32,000 nucleotides of DNA, from NCBI RefSeq assembly GCF_000284455.1, contig NC_017039.1, forward strand, positions 2,160,001 to 2,192,000, written 5' to 3'. The stretch is from Synechocystis sp. PCC 6803 substr. PCC-P. GTDB lineage: Bacteria; Cyanobacteriota; Cyanobacteriia; Cyanobacteriales; Microcystaceae. Of this stretch, positions 31,868 through 32,000 are shown piece by piece (positions within the stretch are counted from its first letter, which is position 1; each line of letters opens with the position of its first letter). Below the pieces are notes generated by a model. It was not told the DNA's origin, did no database searches, and saw nothing but the letters and a program-made list of their open reading frames with translations. A program made the position numbers and the translations under genes.

Positions 31868-32000
31868 AGTTTCATAACTTATCAATTGTATTCCCCAAAA
31901 TTTTACCAGAGTCTGAAATGTTTGTTGAAGTGACTCTTCTTTGCTGGCAAAACTGATTTGGCAAATATTAATTTCAGGTAACAAAGCAGTAAACTAAGAT

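Overview
The window looks like a chromosomal segment of a unicellular cyanobacterium, most likely Synechocystis sp. PCC 6803 or a very close relative. Two things support this. The HIP1 octamer GCGATCGC occurs at least 29 times by my manual scan. The gene order matches what I recall as slr0142-slr0152 followed by sll0149-sll0144; all locus tags here are from memory and were not checked against a database.

Gene content by strand:
- Plus strand, 1-10046: the 3' 10 kb of a giant surface or adhesin-like gene that is still open at the window's 5' edge.
- Plus strand, 10192-14599: a DUF1275/YoaK-type membrane protein, then a 1191-aa AAA-like NTPase + TM + 14xWD40 protein.
- Plus strand, 14942-21785: a tightly packed nine-gene cluster: V4R protein, triple-motif protein, phycobiliprotein-fold protein, V4R protein, 2Fe-2S ferredoxin, phycobiliprotein-fold protein, plant-type ferredoxin, TPR membrane protein, Ser/Thr kinase.
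- Minus strand, 21857-31984: an acidic conserved hypothetical, a Tat-signal caspase-like (orthocaspase-type) protein with a His-to-Tyr active-site change, a CruA-type FAD protein, a 696-bp AT-rich gap, natC, frr, pyrH and a hicAB pair at the right edge.

I found no rRNA, tRNA, CRISPR array or transposase.

The best candidate for a 'system' is the nine-gene V4R/globin-fold/ferredoxin/TPR/kinase cluster. I believe it is already described as the PSII-assembly-associated 'pap' operon with SpkG, but its biochemistry is unresolved. Several sequence details that I could read directly deserve follow-up:
- the duplicated module layout of the cluster;
- a retained CxRD bilin-attachment-like motif in only one of the two globin-fold paralogs;
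- a triple DFF..NW.G motif protein;
- a perfect 10-bp inverted repeat bracketing the kinase start codon.

Several ORF-track starts appear over-extended, and I give corrected starts.
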